A stretch of 64,000 nt of DNA from Hormiphora californensis (taxonomy: Eukaryota > Animalia > Ctenophora). The stretch covers positions 9,300,001 to 9,364,000 of the forward strand of contig CM035350.1 of NCBI GenBank assembly GCA_020137815.1, in the 5' to 3' direction. Numbering within the stretch: position 1 is the stretch's first letter; the number at the start of each line of letters is the position of its first letter. The notes under the pieces are model-generated. The model made no database searches. It was not told the DNA's origin and saw only the letters and a program-made list of their open reading frames with translations. Shown here piece by piece: positions 63,077 through 64,000 of this stretch. A program made the position numbers and the translations under genes.

Positions 63077-63866
63077 TTATACACCAGCATTCCTCGGTTT
63101 CCGCTTCTTCCCGGAGGATGCTAGTAGATTTGAAGGGATGGTCTCCAGGTCCCGGACGGAGTGTAGTCGTTCTGCACGTGCAGCGGGGGTGCCACCACAC
63201 TTCATGCCCATACTCGACAGGATCTCCTTCAAGCAGTCCGCTCCCAGTTCCTCGAGGAGGCTTTCAGGGGTCGGGAAATGGCGCCACTCTACATCTTTTA
63301 TCGGGGTCTTCTCATGCGCTCTTCTCCGGGGGTTCAGAACTAATTTCAGTCTCGATTCCCTTGTTAGAAGTATCAACTGGCGTTTCGTTAACCTTAGATT
63401 CATGGATAGTCTCTGGTCTATCACAGGGGCAGCATCAGAGGTGTCATCTTTAGGAGCGTCTTCTGTTTCATCCGGGGTGTCATTACATTTAGCTGCCTCT
63501 ATATCAGAGGGAGATGATGTCCTCCATCCCTGCCTCACCCGATACCTCCACTCCTGTCCTCTCCAGCAGACGACCCTTCTGGGGAACTAGCCTCCCCAGA
63601 GGCAGAGGGCGCCTCCTCCTCGTCACTCGATTCCCCATCATCATCGTCAAACCTAGAACACAACAGCAAATATAGAACGTCAGAGAGATAGCACAAGAAT
63701 TATCTGGGCTAATCAAAGATTAAGAAAGACTAAATGGCAACTAAAAATAAATTACATACCATTTTTTGGTCTTTGGTAACTGTTGTGGCTTGACATGTTG
63801 GATTACTGCATCGTCTGTTATGGCACAAGCAATCGCAGACTCTACCGTCTCAGACATAGACCGCAT
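63077..63866 (-). CDS. SDE2: SDE2-like splicing/replication-stress factor, 3' part (SAP-like domain); local indels or small introns unresolved
   Basis: Acidic low-complexity linker then LEELGADCLKEILSSMGMKCGGTPAARAERLHSVRD close to the C-terminus; in SF3A3 the same motif is internal. Confidence 0.7.
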
Positions 63867-63885
63867 CTGAGGGATAGCGAGAGAT

Positions 63886-63996
<111 letters not shown>

Positions 63997-64000
63997 AGAG

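Noticed and set aside
62760-63590. 276-aa plus-strand ORF
   Set aside because: Antisense shadow of SDE2 plus (CT)n translation; SLSL/ERER ORFs elsewhere are rejected for the same reason.

Overview
Gene-dense, intron-rich draft genomic sequence from an animal. Short GT-AG introns, many (GA)n/(CT)n tracts and the gene set suggest an early-branching metazoan, possibly a ctenophore such as Pleurobrachia (inference only). Hand-spliced models with checked intron phases give: the 3' part of a DysF-type ferlin (+), with a Cys-rich single-pass membrane gene nested antisense in one intron; a TEX26-like gene (+) whose intron holds an intronless antisense matrix metalloproteinase; a minus-strand cluster HEXIM > NDUFB8 > GNL2; a plus-strand cluster AP5B1 > compact RNF213-like RZ-finger gene > ~112-aa orphan > AXH-domain gene > GREB1-like; and a minus-strand cluster SDE2 > NR2C2AP > PTRH1 (with a possible long C-terminal extension). 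Three copies of a ~109-bp hAT-like MITE and a 146-bp hairpin are also present. The most striking unexplained patterns are (1) at least 11 tandem duplications centred on splice acceptors, donors, start or stop codons, and (2) a 3'-splice-site-like signal just upstream of nearly every start codon in tightly packed co-oriented gene clusters, suggesting SL trans-splicing and operons. Several stretches (about 4.6-5.9, 40.2-44.0, 51.4-52.6, 53.4-54.3 kb) are low quality and there are two N gaps. All family calls come from remembered motifs, not database searches.
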